Shown: positions 38,489 through 49,394, counted from the whole stretch's first letter. The stretch is DNA of 62,012 bases, filler included, from 7 parts of 7 records of this genome joined end to end with filler, not necessarily neighbours in it, one strand, 5' to 3'. Notes: generated from the sequence alone by a model not told the origin. Numbers and translations: made by a program.

Positions 38489-38525
38489 ATTAATTGATCC
38501 AAAGTATTTGATAGGCCTTTGCTAT
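38489..38525. promoter_or_regulatory. Candidate OxyR binding site upstream of ahpF
   Basis: ATTA-N7-CAAA-N7-ATAG-N7-CTAT against the consensus ATAG-N7-CTAT-N7-ATAG-N7-CTAT. Confidence 0.65.
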
Positions 38526-38554
38526 TCGACTCGATAAATCAATTGGATAGAAAC

Positions 38555-38581
38555 AAAAAAGGCCCGCAGAGCGGGCCTTTT
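38555..38581 (-). terminator. Rho-independent terminator after ahpC
   Basis: AAAAAA-GGCCCGC-AGA-GCGGGCC-TTTT. Confidence 0.85.
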
Positions 38582-38605
38582 ACAGGTTTCACTGTTACCG
38601 AAACC

Positions 38606-38777
38606 TTAGATCTTGCCAACCAGGTCCAGTGACGGAGTCAGAGTCGCTTCGCCTTCTTTCCACTTGGCCGGGCAAACTTCGCCGGGGTTGTTACGAACGT
38701 ACTGAGCCGCTTTTACCTTGCGCAGCAGGTCGTCAGCGTCACGGCCGATACCTTCGGCAGTGATTTCCATGGCCTGG
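38606..38777 (-). CDS. ahpC: Peroxiredoxin AhpC, C-terminal fragment (not in the ORF track)
   Basis: [56 protein letters not shown]. Confidence 0.95.
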
Positions 38778-38877
38778 NNNNNNNNNNNNNNNNNNNNNNN
38801 NNNNNNNNNNNNNNNNNNNNNTTAATTAATTAANNNNNNNNNNNNNNNNNNNNNNNNNNNNNNNNNNNNNNNNNNNN
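38778..38877. other. Artificial contig spacer
   Basis: N-runs with TTAATTAATTAA. Confidence 0.99.
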
Positions 38878-38878
38878 C

Positions 38879-39652
38879 CACATGTGGACGCCGGATGTCT
38901 ACGAAGGGTCCCCCACGCCGGTCACTGCCTTTTTTGCCACCGCACCCAAAGTCGCCGCCATGGCGCTGTTTGCGCGGGTCATGTTTGACGCCTTTGGCAA
39001 TGCGACGGCGGACTGGGGGCAGGTGATTGCGCTGTTGTCGGTGCTGTCGATGTTCTTGGGCTCGATCGCGGCCATCGGGCAACGCGACATCAAGCGCCTG
39101 ATGGCCTATTCGTCGATCGCCCACATGGGCTATGCGTTGATGGGTCTGGCCGCTGGCACTGAACTAGGTGTGCAGGCGATGCTGATCTACATGGCGATCT
39201 ACGTCACCATGAACGTTGGCACCTTTGCCTTTATCCTGTCGATGGAGCGGGACGGTCAACCGGTGACGGACATCGAGAGCCTTGGCATGTATTCAACCAA
39301 GGAGCCGGGCAAGGCGTTGGCCATGCTGGTGCTGCTGTTCAGCTTGGCAGGTGTGCCGCCGCTGGTCGGGTTCTTTGGCAAGTTCTATGTCTTGCGCGCC
39401 GCCTATGAGGGCGGGCTGGCCTGGCTGGCTGTGGCAGGTGTGATCGCGTCCGTGATCGGGGCGTTCTACTACCTGCGGATCGTGTTCTACATGTACTTTG
39501 GCGACGACCGCGAAGACGCGCTGGACGGAGGCAAGTCGCCGGTTCTGTGGGGCTTTTTGATGGTGTCGGCGGTGATCATGGTGGCGGGTGTCGTCAACCT
39601 GTTTGGCATTGAAGGCGCGGCACAGGCGGCAGCGGCAACGCTGGTCAATTGA
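38879..39652 (+). CDS. nuoN: NADH-quinone oxidoreductase subunit N, C-terminal part
   Basis: [31 protein letters not shown] and [14 protein letters not shown]; conserved nuoN-birA order. Confidence 0.95.
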   Translation, partial: HMWTPDVYEGSPTPVTAFFATAPKVAAMALFARVMFDAFGNATADWGQVIALLSVLSMFLGSIAAIGQRDIKRLMAYSSIAHMGYALMGLAAGTELGVQAMLIYMAIYVTMNVGTFAFILSMERDGQPVTDIESLGMYSTKEPGKALAMLVLLFSLAGVPPLVGFFGKFYVLRAAYEGGLAWLAVAGVIASVIGAFYYLRIVFYMYFGDDREDALDGGKSPVLWGFLMVSAVIMVAGVVNLFGIEGAAQAAAATLVN

Positions 39653-39661
39653 TTTGGGTGG

Positions 39662-39750
39662 CCGCGCGCCCCTGCGGGCGCGCGGTGATTGGGGGCTCTG
39701 CCCCCGTCTCCCTGCGGTCGATTCCCCCGGGATATTTTCAGACAGAAGAA
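39662..39750. repeat. Intergenic palindromic REP-like element
   Basis: Hairpins CCGCGCGCCC-CTGC-GGGCGCGCGG and GGGGGC-TCT-GCCCCC, then CCCCCGGGATATTTTCAGACAGAAGAA. Confidence 0.55.
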
Positions 39751-39763
39751 ACGGGGGCCTGCC

Positions 39764-40507
39764 ATGGACTGGCCGCAAGGGTATGGACGACGGGTACTGG
39801 CCGAAGTGGACAGCACCAATGCCGAGGCGGTGCGGGTTGCTGGGACGCTGGCCGGGCCAGAGTGGATCCTTGGGTTGCAGCAGACGGCGGCGCGGGGTCG
39901 GCGCGGCCGGGCCTGGGTTAATCCTGCAGGGAATTTTGCCGCGACATTGGTGATGCGCCCGACCGAGACGCCAGATCGGGTGGCGCTGCGCAGTTTTGTG
40001 GCAGCGCTGGCGCTATACGATGCCCTGGAGCGTGTGACCGGCACGGCGATTGGCCTGTCGCTAAAGTGGCCCAACGATGTCTTGCTGAACGGGGGCAAAC
40101 TGGCGGGGATCCTGCTGGAAAGCATCGGTGGGCCGGGCGGGCATCTGGCCATCGGCATCGGGGTCAATTTGCTGGCAGCCCCTGAGATGTCTCAGGTGGA
40201 AGAGCGTGCGGTGTCGCCGGTGGCGCTGTTGCCGGAGACCGGGGTCCGGGTCACGCCGGAGGCTTTTCTCAGTGCGCTGGCCTCGGCCTATGCCACGCAT
40301 GAGGCGCGCTTTGTCACTTATGGGTTTGAGCCGATCCGCAGTCTCTGGTTGCAGCGCGCGGCCCGTCTGGGCGAGACGATCACTGCCCGGACGGCGCGCG
40401 ATACCGCGACCGGGGTCTTCGAGACGGTGGACGCCACGGGGCAACTTGTCCTAAAGACCCCCAAGGGCCGCGTGACCGTCGCGGCGGCGGACATCTTTTT
40501 CGGATAG
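39764..40507 (+). CDS. birA: Biotin-[acetyl-CoA carboxylase] ligase (no N-terminal HTH)
   Basis: VDSTN, QTAARGRRGRAW, KWPNDV and KLAGILLE; start at MDWPQG. Confidence 0.94.
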   Translation: MDWPQGYGRRVLAEVDSTNAEAVRVAGTLAGPEWILGLQQTAARGRRGRAWVNPAGNFAATLVMRPTETPDRVALRSFVAALALYDALERVTGTAIGLSLKWPNDVLLNGGKLAGILLESIGGPGGHLAIGIGVNLLAAPEMSQVEERAVSPVALLPETGVRVTPEAFLSALASAYATHEARFVTYGFEPIRSLWLQRAARLGETITARTARDTATGVFETVDATGQLVLKTPKGRVTVAAADIFFG

Positions 40508-40514
40508 GCAACGC

Positions 40515-41297
40515 ATGCTTTTGGCCATTGACTGTGGCAACACAAATACCGTCTTCTCAATCTGGGACGGCACGGAATTCGTCGCCACATGGCGCACGGC
40601 TACGGAACATCAGCGTACCGCCGATCAGTATTATGTCTGGCTGTCCACTCTGATGGAATTCCAGAAGATCGACGCCGATATTACCGATGTAATTGTCTCA
40701 TCGACGGTGCCGCGCGTGGTGTTCAACCTGCGTGTCCTGTCGGACCGCTATTTCGGCACGAGGCCCATGGTCGTGGGCAAACCCGACTGTGCGTTGCCGG
40801 TGGATGTGCGGGTGGACGAGGGCACCCAAGTCGGTCCTGACCGGCTGGTCAACACGGTGGCGGGGTATGACCTGTTCGGTGGCGATCTGATTGTTGTCGA
40901 TTTCGGCACCGCCACTACGTTTGACGTTGTCGATGCGGATGGGGCCTATGTCGGCGGTGCGATCGCGCCAGGGGTGAACCTGAGCCTCGAGGCGCTGCAT
41001 CAGGCCGCTGCTGCCCTGCCGAACGTTGATATCACCAAGCCGCAGCGCGTTGTGGGCACCAATACGGTGGCCTGCATGCAATCCGGCATCTTTTGGGGCT
41101 ATGTCGGCCTGGTGCGTGAGATCTGTCTCCGCATCCAGGCGGAACGCGACCGTCCCATGAAGGTTATCGCTACAGGCGGGCTGGCGCCACTCTTCCAGCA
41201 GGCAGACCCGTTGTTCGATGCCTACGAGGAATTTTTGACCATGCACGGGCTGGTCCGCATCCATAATCACAACAAGAGACTAGAGGCCCGCGCATGA
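40515..41297 (+). CDS. coaX: Type III pantothenate kinase
   Basis: LLAIDCGNTN, VGPDRL, VDFGTATT and ATGGLA motifs. Confidence 0.95.
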   Translation: MLLAIDCGNTNTVFSIWDGTEFVATWRTATEHQRTADQYYVWLSTLMEFQKIDADITDVIVSSTVPRVVFNLRVLSDRYFGTRPMVVGKPDCALPVDVRVDEGTQVGPDRLVNTVAGYDLFGGDLIVVDFGTATTFDVVDADGAYVGGAIAPGVNLSLEALHQAAAALPNVDITKPQRVVGTNTVACMQSGIFWGYVGLVREICLRIQAERDRPMKVIATGGLAPLFQQADPLFDAYEEFLTMHGLVRIHNHNKRLEARA

Positions 41298-42961
41298 GCG
41301 AAAACAGATTAATCTACCTTCCCCTTGGGGGTGCCGGCGAGATCGGCATGAACTGTTATGTCTATGGATATGGCAAGCCGGGTGCAGAGCGCCTGATTGT
41401 CGTGGACATGGGTGTCACTTTTCCGGACATGGACACGACTCCGGGGGTCGACATCATCTTTGCAGATATCACCTGGCTGAAAGAGAACAGGAACCGGATC
41501 GAAGCGCTGTTCATCACCCATGCGCATGAGGATCATGTCGGCGCAGTGGGACATACCTTTGAGACGCTGGGCGTGCCGATCTATGCGCGTGCCTTCACCG
41601 CCAATATCGCGCGCGGCAAGCTGGCGGAATACAATGTTGAGGGCAAGGCGGTCAGGACCGTTTCGAAATGGCCCGAGACGGTCAATGCCGGGCCGTTCAC
41701 GGTTGGCTTTTTGCCGATTTCGCATTCGATTCCGGAATCAAGTGCGTTGGTGATCGACACACCCGCAGGACGGGTGATCCACACAGGTGATTTCAAGCTG
41801 GATACAACACCTTTGGTGGGTGAGGCGTGGGATCCGAAATTGTGGGAAGAGGTTTCAAAGCCAGGGGTCAAGGCGTTGATCTGCGACTCGACCAACGTAT
41901 TTTCCCCCCATGCGGGCCGGTCAGAGACGACCGTTGGCCCGGCGGTGGAAAAGCTGGTGTCTGAGGCCAAGAACATGGTTGTCGCCACGACCTTTGCGTC
42001 GAATGTGGCGCGGGTCAAGACACTGGCAGAGGCGGGCGACCGCGCCGGTCGGTCGATCTGTCTGTTGGGGCGCGCGATGCGCCGGATGATCGAGGCCTCG
42101 GTGGAAACCGGTGTCCTGACCGGCTTTCCCAAGGTGATCGGCCCCGAAGACGTCAGCCACCTGCCGCGTGAGAATGTCATGCTGTTGGTGACTGGCAGTC
42201 AAGGCGAGCGGCGCGCCGCCAGTGCGCAACTGTCGCGCGGCAAATACAACGGGATCGAGTTGAAGGAGGGCGATCTGTTCCTCTTCTCCTCCAAGACGAT
42301 CCCGGGCAATGAACGCGAAGTCATCCGCATCATGAACCAGCTTAGTGAAAAGGGCGTCGATATTGTTGACGACTCTATGGGCGATTACCACGTTTCGGGC
42401 CATGCCAACCGGCCCGATCTGGAAACCGTGCAGAACATTGTGAACCCGCAGGTTGTGATCCCGATGCACGGCGAGCATCGCCATTTGCGTGAACACGTCC
42501 GGCTGGCGGAAAAAAATCGCCGCGCCGGGGTGTTGGCGGTCAACGGCATGATGGTCGATCTCAGCGGGAATGAGCCGCGCGTGGTCGAATATGTCGAAAC
42601 CGGGCGCACCTATCTGGATGGCTCTGTGCAGATCGGTGCGATGGACGGGATCGTGCGGGACCGCATCCGTATGGCGCTGAACGGTCATGTGGTGGTGACC
42701 GTGATCCTAGATGAGCAGGATGAACCGTTGGGAGAGCCGTGGTGCGATCTGATGGGGCTGCCGGAAAAGGGGCGCAGCAATGCGCCGCTGGTGGACGTGC
42801 TCGAAGAGGATCTGTCGCAGTTTCTGGGGCGAGCCGGGGACAAGGTGCGGACCGATGACGACAAGCTGGAAGAAGGGTTGCGGCGCGTTGCGCGGCAGAC
42901 TTCACTGAACGAGATCGGCAAAAAGCCCGAGGTGACAGTGGTGGTCAGTCGGTTGAGCTGA
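41294..42961 (+). CDS. rnj: Ribonuclease J
   Basis: PLGGAGEIGMN, THAHEDHVG, HSIPE, TGDFK, DSTN, HVSGH and PMHGE motifs. Confidence 0.95.
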   Translation: MSENRLIYLPLGGAGEIGMNCYVYGYGKPGAERLIVVDMGVTFPDMDTTPGVDIIFADITWLKENRNRIEALFITHAHEDHVGAVGHTFETLGVPIYARAFTANIARGKLAEYNVEGKAVRTVSKWPETVNAGPFTVGFLPISHSIPESSALVIDTPAGRVIHTGDFKLDTTPLVGEAWDPKLWEEVSKPGVKALICDSTNVFSPHAGRSETTVGPAVEKLVSEAKNMVVATTFASNVARVKTLAEAGDRAGRSICLLGRAMRRMIEASVETGVLTGFPKVIGPEDVSHLPRENVMLLVTGSQGERRAASAQLSRGKYNGIELKEGDLFLFSSKTIPGNEREVIRIMNQLSEKGVDIVDDSMGDYHVSGHANRPDLETVQNIVNPQVVIPMHGEHRHLREHVRLAEKNRRAGVLAVNGMMVDLSGNEPRVVEYVETGRTYLDGSVQIGAMDGIVRDRIRMALNGHVVVTVILDEQDEPLGEPWCDLMGLPEKGRSNAPLVDVLEEDLSQFLGRAGDKVRTDDDKLEEGLRRVARQTSLNEIGKKPEVTVVVSRLS

Positions 42962-42984
42962 TCATCCCGCCAGGGTAAAAACGC

Positions 42985-43016
42985 AAAAGGCCGGTCCCTA
43001 GGGACCGGCCTTTTTT
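42985..43016. terminator. Bidirectional Rho-independent terminator
   Basis: AAAAGGCCGGTCCC-TA-GGGACCGGCCTTTTTT between convergent genes. Confidence 0.88.
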
Positions 43017-43035
43017 GTTCAGTGGTCCCGGAGGT

Positions 43036-43488
43036 TTAGCTGGCCCGACGCTCATCAAAGCTCAGCGCAATGAACTCGGGCAGGTGATCGCCAAGACCGA
43101 CGACATTGCTGTCGCGACCGCCGCGGCGATCAGAACCACGGTTAGAGTCGCGCGGCGCGCGGCTTTCATTGTTGCGCTGTGCAGGTTTTTCGCTGCGCGG
43201 TGCGGGCTTTTCCGACCGACGGCTTGTCGACCTGCGGGGCTGCTCTTCGGCAGATTCACGGACCGGAGCCGGCGCGGCGACGGGCGCAGGAGCAGCGGTG
43301 AGTGCAGGAGCTGCGCTGGGTGCAGGGACCGGTGCGGCCTCTGGTTCCGATGCTTTTGGGTTGGCAATGCGCGGGATTGCCTTTTGCAGCAGCCGTTCGA
43401 CAGCGTCGAAGTATTTCTCATCTCTCGGCGTACAGATCGTGATCGCTTTGCCAGAGCGTCCGGCGCGGCCTGTGCGGCCAATGCGGTG
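43036..43488 (-). CDS. DEAD-box RNA helicase, C-terminal fragment (not in the ORF track)
   Basis: Begins with motif VI HRIGRTGRAG, then a Pro/Ala-rich and Arg-rich tail ending VVGLGDHLPEFIALSFDERRAS*. Confidence 0.9.
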   Translation of the reverse strand, partial: HRIGRTGRAGRSGKAITICTPRDEKYFDAVERLLQKAIPRIANPKASEPEAAPVPAPSAAPALTAAPAPVAAPAPVRESAEEQPRRSTSRRSEKPAPRSEKPAQRNNESRAPRDSNRGSDRRGGRDSNVVGLGDHLPEFIALSFDERRAS

Positions 43489-43588
43489 NNNNNNNNNNNN
43501 NNNNNNNNNNNNNNNNNNNNNNNNNNNNNNNNTTAATTAATTAANNNNNNNNNNNNNNNNNNNNNNNNNNNNNNNNNNNNNNNNNNNN
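43489..43588. other. Artificial contig spacer
   Basis: N-runs with TTAATTAATTAA. Confidence 0.99.
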
Positions 43589-46500
43589 CGGCCATGTTCT
43601 CCAGAGTGGCAGCAATCTCTGCCGCGCCGCGAAAGCCGTGCCGCTGCATCCCGCCGATCCACGCAGGATTGGCAGCGCGCCCCTGTACAACGCGGGCGAT
43701 TTCCTCTGTCAAACCGCGCGCGCGCGGCCTGTCCGGGTCGGTGATGTCAAGGTGATACAGCGCGGCGCGCCCGCCGGTCACGCCCTGCGCGGCGGCAAAA
43801 CCCGCCTCATGGCTGGCGTAATCCTCAGCCAGCAGCAGGTCGGATTCGGGCAAATCCTGAAGGTGGACAAAACTGTCGGCTTGCCGCACCCGGTCGCGCA
43901 GGCCATCCTCATCGCGCTGCCCCGCGCCGTCATCATAGGCCCAGCTTGACGCCGACAACCATGCCTCACCCGCCGCCTGCCGGGCCTCGTCGGAATAGTC
44001 GCCGATCTGCGCGCCAATCCCGACGCCGAAACTGCCCGGTGCCGGACCATAGACCCGCGCGCCCGCCTGACCGACAAAGGGGTTCCAGTCCGGTGCTTCA
44101 TCGCGTTGTGCAAGCGCCTGAACGGCTTGCCCGAACAACACCGACAGCGTCGGGAATACGTCGCGGAACAGGCCGGATACCCGCAGGGTCACGTCAATCC
44201 GGGGACGATCCAGTTCCGCGATGGGCAGCACCTCTATCCCGCTAACCCGTTCGCTGCCCGCATCCCAGACCGGACGCACGCCCAGCAGATGCAAGGCCAT
44301 GGCAAACTCCTCACCCGCCGTGCGCATGGTCGCCGATCCCCAAAGATCCACGATCAACCCGCGCGGCCAGTCGCCCTCGTCCTGCAGGTGACGTCGCACC
44401 AGTTCCTCGGCCAACCGCACACCCTGCGCGTGGGCGCTGCGCGTTGGCACCGAACGCGGATCGGTGGTATACAGGTTGCGCCCGGTTGGTAGAACATCGG
44501 TGCGGCCCCGGTACGGCGAACCAGACGGACCGGAGGCAATCCGCCGCCCGTCCAGCGCATCCAACAGCGCGCACCGTTCCGCCAGAGCCGATGGCGCGAT
44601 ATCAAAGGCAGGGCGATGTTCCGGAGAAACATCGGAACTCCGGCCCCAGACATGCAGCCCATCGCCGAATTGGCTTTCCTTGACGTCGCAGACAAACCTG
44701 TCGATCCGGGTGATCGCCTCTGCCGGACAGGATGCCACCTCAACCCCCAAATCATCTTCAACACCAATGGCTTGCGCTTCTTCCCTGATGTCCTGAACTA
44801 ACCGCTCTCGCCGCCTTGGGTCCAACCCATCCGCGTTTGAGAATTCGTCCAGCAACGCCTCAAGGCGCGACAAGCGCTCTGGTACACCCGCCTCGCGCAG
44901 CGGTGGCGGCACATGGCCCAGCGTCATCGCCCCGATCCGCCGTTTGGCCTGCGCCGCTTCACCCGGGTCGTTGACGATGAACGGATAGATAATCGGCATC
45001 TGCCCGCTTAGCGCCTCGGGCCAGCAAGCTTCTGACAAAGCGACAGATTTTCCCGGAAGCCACTCCAACGTCCCATGTGCGCCGACGTGGATCAATGCAT
45101 CGGTCTCGCCGTGCAACCACAGGTAAAAGGCGACGTAGGCATGGCGCGGCACGCGCGCCAGATCGTGGTAATCGTCGTCGCGCTGTGCGGGCGACCCGCG
45201 TTCGGGCTGCAACGCCACGAGGGCCGCACCGCGTCTAAGTGCCCGAAACGAAAACGTCCCATCGACACAGTCCGGGTCAGTCTCCGCTGCCCCCCAAGCC
45301 GTCTCAAGATCATCCTGCAACCTTTTGGGAAGGCGTTGCAAAGCAGCCTTGTAGGCGGTCAAGGGCCATCTCAACCGCGCGGCACTCAGCGCCTCCGCCG
45401 AGAGATCAGTTTCGACCCCATACCCCGCCTCTGACAGATCCTCGAGAATGGCCTTGGCCGAGGCCAGCGCATCCAGACCCACCGCATGCGCCATGTTCCA
45501 GTCCCGCCCCGGATAGGTCGACAGTACCAACGCCAGACGGCGTTCCGATGCAGGTGTGGCAGCCAGACGAATCCAGCGCGCTACACGCTCTGCCGCCGCC
45601 GCGATACGCTCCGCATCCGGCACATGGGCAACGCGGGCAAATTGCAGATCCGGATCCCGCTCTTGCGGTTCCTTGAAGGATGTCACCCCGGCAAACAGCC
45701 GCCCGTCCACCTCTGGCAGCACAACATGCATCGCCAGATCGGCGGGCGACAAACCACGGTCAGCCTCGGCCCAAGCGGTCCGTGTCGAGGTGGCCAGCGC
45801 CACCTGAAAGACCGGCACACCGCCCGCGTCCAGTGGCGAGGTGCCCTGCGCGCCGCGCCCGGAAAAGGAGGTGGCGTTGACGATTGCCGCAGGGGCCAGA
45901 TGCGCGATCTGACGCGCCCCCCATGCCGCCGCCCCCGGCGCCTTCAGCGACGGGGCGAACAGGCCAAAAACGTCAAATCCTCGCGCACGCAACGCGGCGC
46001 ACAAAGCCTCGACCGGGGCGAGGTCCGCCGCCACAAGGTAGGAGCGATAGAAAACAACCAGCACCAGTGGCTTTTTCTCAGGCGACACATGCGCCAGCAC
46101 AGGGCAGCAAACCCCGTGTTCTGGCAGCCACGCGCCAACCTCTGGCACGTGTTTTGTGCCCCGCACCGGCCCGGCATACAGCCCCGCCGCCAACGCCATC
46201 TGTGCCAGCGCCGCCTGTGCTGCCACGGCACCGCCCGCGTCGCACAGATGCTGCAAACGCCGCAGGGTCGACACTGGCAAGGTAGACACCTCGTCAAGCC
46301 GGGTATCCGCGCGCCCGTCTGCCGGCAAAATCGCCAACGCGATGCCGCGTTCCCGTGCCAGCGCCGCGATCTGCTGGATGCCGTAAGGCCAATATGGCAC
46401 GCCACCGATCAACCGGATCAGGATTCCCTTGGCGCCCGCAAGTGTCTGTTCCACATAGGTATCCACCGACAGCGGGTGTTTCAGCGCCGCGATATTGGCC

Positions 46501-46676
46501 AGCCGCAGCGTCGGCATCCGCCCTTCGCGCCCGCCGCCCCGCTCCCACCCGGCGGCAAAGGCCCCAAGGTCGGAATCGGACAGCGACAGAACCACCAGAT
46601 CCGCCGGGCTCTGGGCCAGATCGGTTGGTGTCTCGGTCTCTTCCAGACCGTGGCTTTCGCGAAAGATGACGTGCAT
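43589..46676 (-). CDS. cobN: Cobaltochelatase subunit CobN (3' end truncated)
   Basis: VVLPEVDGR, HVGAHGTLEWLPGK, YPFIVNDPGE, VLPTGRNLY and RPRIDVTLRVSGLFRD; directly after cobW. Confidence 0.95.
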
Positions 46677-46718
46677 AGCGGGTGTGGTGCGCGGCGGGTC
46701 GCTGACCCGCCCGCCCCC

Positions 46719-47558
46719 TTATTCTGCGGCCACCGGGGCCGCGCCAAGGATGGCGCGGATGGCGTCGGGTTTCACATCGTCATGTTCGGCAATGACCACC
46801 ACGCGGGTGATCCGCGTCTCATCCATCTTCCACGGGCGGTCGTACTGATGCCGCACCCGCGCGCCGACGGCCTGCACCAGCAGACGCATCGGCTTGCCCT
46901 TCACGGCAGCATAGCCTTTGACCCGCAGGATGTTCAGCTCTTTCGCCAGACGTTCGATTGCAGCGACCAACGTGGCGGGATCGTCAACCTCGGGCAGGTC
47001 CACAACGATGCTTTCGAAATCATCGTGTTCGTGATCGTCATGGTCGTCGTGATGTGAGGGCCGCGCATCCATGTCGTCCTCTGCCGCCGCCTCCAGACCC
47101 AGGATCACGCGCGGGTCGATCACCCCCTCGGCGACCTCGATCACCGGCAACGGGCGTGGAGCTTCGGCGGCGATAAGCGCCTTGGCCCGCGCGACGCCCT
47201 CAGGCCCTGCAAGATCGGGTTTGGTCAACAAAATGATGTCCGCGCAGGAAATTTGATCCTCAAATACTTCGGAAAGTGGTGTTTCGTGGTCGATGCTGTC
47301 ATCTGCCAACCGCTGTGCGTCGACCCGTGCCACGTCCGGCGCGAACCGACCGGAGGCCACTGCTTCGGCATCGGCAAGCGCGATCACCCCGTCGACGGTG
47401 ATCTTGGACCGGATATCCGGCCAATCAAATGCCTTGAGCAGCGGTTTCGGCAGGGCCAGACCAGAGGTTTCGATCAGGATGTGTTCTGGACGCGGGTCCA
47501 ATGCCATCAGCGCCTCGATCGTCGGGATGAAATCATCCGCCACGGTGCAGCAGATGCA
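46719..47558 (-). CDS. cobW: Cobalamin biosynthesis GTPase CobW (5' end truncated)
   Basis: CICCTVADDF at the contig edge, IETSGLALPKP, His-rich HHDDHDDHEHDDF and LRVKG. Confidence 0.95.
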   Translation of the reverse strand, partial: CICCTVADDFIPTIEALMALDPRPEHILIETSGLALPKPLLKAFDWPDIRSKITVDGVIALADAEAVASGRFAPDVARVDAQRLADDSIDHETPLSEVFEDQISCADIILLTKPDLAGPEGVARAKALIAAEAPRPLPVIEVAEGVIDPRVILGLEAAAEDDMDARPSHHDDHDDHEHDDFESIVVDLPEVDDPATLVAAIERLAKELNILRVKGYAAVKGKPMRLLVQAVGARVRHQYDRPWKMDETRITRVVVIAEHDDVKPDAIRAILGAAPVAAE

Positions 47559-47658
47559 NNNNNNNNNNNNNNNNNNNNNNNNNNNNNNNNNNNNNNNNNN
47601 NNTTAATTAATTAANNNNNNNNNNNNNNNNNNNNNNNNNNNNNNNNNNNNNNNNNNNN
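47559..47658. other. Artificial contig spacer
   Basis: N-runs with TTAATTAATTAA. Confidence 0.99.
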
Positions 47659-47659
47659 C

Positions 47660-49342
47660 TATAGAACCACGCTCAATTTTGCTTTGTCAGGATGGAAGCC
47701 AGCACTATTCTTCTGGGGTACTATTGTGATGTTCATTATGTCTATTGGTATGATGGGTGTATTTCCTCCTGATGTTGAGTTCTTTCCGAAAACGGATCCA
47801 AAATACATAAACGTTTTTATCGAATATCCTGTAGGAACGGATGTGGAGCATACAAATGAATTCACAAATAAAATCGAAAAGATTGTTTTCGAAGTGGTGG
47901 AGCCATATAAAGGCATTGTGGAGTCGATCATTGCCAATGTGGGGCAGGGAACATCTGATCCAAATGACCCTTCTGCTTTTGGTGAAAAAGATACCCCGAA
48001 TAAAGCCAGAATCACGGTTAATTTTAAGGAGTTTAAATACAGAGGAGACATTAGCACTAAAGTGATTCTCAACGAGATTCGTGATGCCATGGGCGGTTAT
48101 CCGGGAGTTGCCGTTACTGTGGATCAAAATGCCGATGGACCACCAGCAGGAAAACCGATCAGTATTGAGGTGTCCGGAGATGATTTCGCTACGCTTATTG
48201 ATGTGGCTGAAAAGATGAAGAAAACGATCAATGAATCTGGTATTGAAGGCATTGAAAAACTCAAATCGGATTTGGAAAGTGGTAAACCTGAACTCGTTGT
48301 AAATATTGATCGAGAAAAAGCCAGAAGGTTTGGGCTTTCAACAAATTCCATTGCAATGGAAGTACGTACAGCCCTTTTCGGCAAAGAAATTTCCAAATAC
48401 AAAGAAGGGGAAGACGACTATGAAGTGCAACTTCGATTGATGGAAAAGTATCGATACGATGTGGACGCGTTGATGAATAAGAGCGTGGTTTTTAGAGATC
48501 AAACCTCAGGTAAGATGCAAAGTGTACCCATCTCTTCTGTAGCCACTTCAGAGTTGAGCTCTACGTATGGTTCTATCAAGCGAAAGGATATGAATCGTGT
48601 AATCACGATTAGCTCCAATGTGATCGCAGGTTATAATGCTACCGAAATCAACCACGAGATTAAGGAGCTTTTGGATGGGTATACTATGCCCGTGGGTTAT
48701 GAGTTTAAGTTTAGCGGTGAGCAGGAGAAGCAGGCTAAAGAAATGGCTTTCCTTAGTAAGGCACTACTGATTGCGGTAAGTCTTATATTCCTCATAATAG
48801 TAGCTCAATTCAATAAAGTAACAACTCCATTTATTATCATGATGTCTGTGGTGCTGAGTACGATAGGTGTGTTTTTGGGGCTTGTGGTTTTTCAAATGAA
48901 CTTTGTGATTATCATGTCCATGGTGGGGATCATCTCACTGGCTGGAATTGTGGTGAATAATGCCATTGTACTGATCGATTTTATTGAGTTAAGCAGGGAG
49001 CGTAGGGCTCAGGAGCTGGGTGTGGACAAATTGCCCATGACAGAAGTTATTGATTGTATTGCTACAGCAGGAGCTACCAGATTAAGACCGGTTTTACTTA
49101 CAGCCATTACCACCGTGCTTGGTTTGATACCATTGGCTATGGGGATCAACATTGATTTCATTAAGTTCTTTTCAACTTACGATGCTGATTTTTACATCGG
49201 AGGGGATAACGTAGCTTTCTGGGGGCCAATGTCCTGGACGATTATTTTCGGGTTGACGTTCGCAACCTTTCTTACCCTTGTTATCGTACCTGTTATGTAC
49301 CTCTTTTTTGCAAGGGTGAACAGGTGGTTAGGAATTAGCTAA
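47660..49342 (+). CDS. RND efflux transporter permease (AcrB family), C-terminal half
   Basis: GIISLAGIVVNNAIVLID, RLRPVLLTAITTVLGLIP and GLTFATFLTLVIVPVMY; frame open to the contig edge. Confidence 0.93.
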   Translation, partial: YRTTLNFALSGWKPALFFWGTIVMFIMSIGMMGVFPPDVEFFPKTDPKYINVFIEYPVGTDVEHTNEFTNKIEKIVFEVVEPYKGIVESIIANVGQGTSDPNDPSAFGEKDTPNKARITVNFKEFKYRGDISTKVILNEIRDAMGGYPGVAVTVDQNADGPPAGKPISIEVSGDDFATLIDVAEKMKKTINESGIEGIEKLKSDLESGKPELVVNIDREKARRFGLSTNSIAMEVRTALFGKEISKYKEGEDDYEVQLRLMEKYRYDVDALMNKSVVFRDQTSGKMQSVPISSVATSELSSTYGSIKRKDMNRVITISSNVIAGYNATEINHEIKELLDGYTMPVGYEFKFSGEQEKQAKEMAFLSKALLIAVSLIFLIIVAQFNKVTTPFIIMMSVVLSTIGVFLGLVVFQMNFVIIMSMVGIISLAGIVVNNAIVLIDFIELSRERRAQELGVDKLPMTEVIDCIATAGATRLRPVLLTAITTVLGLIPLAMGINIDFIKFFSTYDADFYIGGDNVAFWGPMSWTIIFGLTFATFLTLVIVPVMYLFFARVNRWLGIS

Positions 49343-49353
49343 AACATTTTATC

Positions 49354-49394
49354 AACTGCCATTGTTGGTGTTTATCCTACAATGGCAGTTTTTT
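49354..49394 (+). terminator. Terminator-like hairpin after the RND gene
   Basis: AACTGCCATTGT...ACAATGGCAGTT 12-bp stem followed by TTTT. Confidence 0.7.

Noticed and set aside
43015-43540. Track ORFs 43015-43536, 43062-43481 and 43106-43540
   Set aside because: The real gene is the DEAD-box C-terminus in another minus-strand frame (HRIGRTGRAG).
46677-46718. Hairpin between cobW and cobN as a cobalamin riboswitch
   Set aside because: Only 42 nt with one small stem and no B12 box.
45486-47057. 523-aa plus-strand ORF
   Set aside because: Arg/Gln-rich antisense shadow of cobN/cobW.
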